Source: Glaucostegus cemiculus (taxonomy: Eukaryota). From it: DNA of 64,000 nt. The notes under the pieces are model-generated. The model did no database searches. It saw only the letters and a list, made by a program, of their open reading frames with translations, and was not told the origin of the DNA. Where the stretch lies: the NCBI GenBank assembly GCA_976551045.1, contig CDPCPM010000408.1, positions 2,480,001 to 2,544,000 of the forward strand, in the 5' to 3' direction. Position 1 is the stretch's first letter. Each line of letters begins with the position of its first letter. Below are positions 62,640 through 64,000 of this stretch, piece after piece. The translations under genes and the position numbers were made by a program.

Positions 62640-64000
62640 TTGTATTCGTATTGGTTTTATTATTGGTTTATTATTATCACTTGTACTGAGGTACAGTGAA
62701 AAACTTGTCTTGCACACCATTCATTACAGATCAATTCATTACACAGTGTATCGAGGTAGTACAGGGTAAAAACAATAACAGAATACAGAGCAAAGTGTCA
62801 CAGCTACAGAGGAAGTGCAGTGCAGGTAGTCAACAAGGTGCAAAATCATAACAAGGTAGATTGTGAGGTCAAGAGTCCATCTCATCGTATAAGGGAAACA
62901 TTCATAGTCTTATCACAGTGAGATAGAAGCTGTCCTTGAGCCTGGTGGTACACGCCCTCAGGCTCCTGTATCTTCTACCTAATGGGAGAGAGGAGAAGAG
63001 AGAGTGACCCAGGTGGGTGGGATCTTTGATTATGCTGGCTGCTTCACCAAGGCAATGAAAGGTATAGACAGAGTCCATGGAGGAGAGGCTGGCTTCCATG
63101 ATGTGCTGGGCTGTGTCCACAACCCTCTCCAGTTTCTTGCGGTCCCAGGCAGAGCAGTTGCCATACCAAGCCATGACACACCCAGATAGGATGCTTTCCA
63201 TGGTATATCGATAAAAGTTGGTGAGTATCAAAGGGGACATGCCAAATTTCATTAGCTTCCTGACGAAGTAGAGGTGCTGGTGAACTTTTTTGGCCATGAT
63301 GTCTACATGGTTAGACCAGGACAGGCTCTGGTGATGTTCATTCCTAGGAACTTGAAGTTCTCAACACTCTGGACCTCAGCATGTACACTGCCCCCTTTCA
63401 TGAAGTCAATGATCAGGTCTTTTGTTTTGCTGACATTGAGGGAAAGGTTGTTGTCATGACACCAGTGTCACTAAACTCTCTATCTCCTTCCTGTACTCTG
63501 ACTCATCATTATTTAAGATATGGCCCACTATAGTGGTATCATCTGCAAACTTGTGTATGGAGTTAGAGCAGAATCTGGCCACGTAGCCATGAGTATATAG
63601 GGAGTAGGGTAAAGGGCTGAGGATGCAGCCTTGTGGGGCACCAGTGTTGAGAATAATCGTGCTGGAGGTGTTGCTGCCTATCCTCACTGATTGCGGTCCG
63701 TTGGTCAGAAAGTCAAGGATCCGTTTGCAGAAGGAAGTGTTGAGTCCCAGGTCTCGTAGTTTGGTGATGAGTTTGCTTGGAATTATAGTATTGAAGGTGG
63801 AGCTGTAGTCAATAAACAATAGTCTAATGTAGGTGTCTTTACTGTCCAGATGCTCCAGAGCTGAGTGTAGGGCCAGGGAGATGCCATCCACTGTAGACCT
63901 GTTTGGCGGTAGGTGAATTGCAGTGGGTTGAGGTTGTCTGGGAGGCTGGGGTTAATGCGTGCCATCACCAGCCTCTCAAAGCATTACATGGTGGTGGATG
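62640..64000 (-). mobile_element. Rex1/Babar LINE, RT to 3' end (runs off the window)
   Basis: [71 protein letters not shown]; tail AATAAACCAATAATAAAACC. Confidence 0.93.

Overview
Vertebrate genomic DNA, most likely from a cartilaginous fish (shark or ray); this is inferred from the repeat families (CR1/HER1-like LINEs, HE1-like V-SINEs, Rex1/Babar, Penelope). The window holds the 5' part of one minus-strand gene, taperin (TPRN). A CpG-island exon 1 (ATG at 58461, donor after 56032) is joined across a ~54.6 kb intron to exon 2 (1437-1239), which starts with the PP1-binding KISF motif; later exons lie outside the window. The intron and upstream region contain many decayed and nested transposons (CR1, Rex1/Babar, Tx1/L1, hAT, Penelope, SINEs). 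The most notable non-coding signal is a family of about 10 Penelope-terminus repeats, often arranged as palindromes, that carry a minimal hammerhead-ribozyme-like motif. Other signals are an RFX X-box-like site overlapping a strong upstream AUG in the TPRN 5' region and a ~146 bp fold-back inside an old CR1. Repeat boundaries are approximate and were read by eye; no searches were run.
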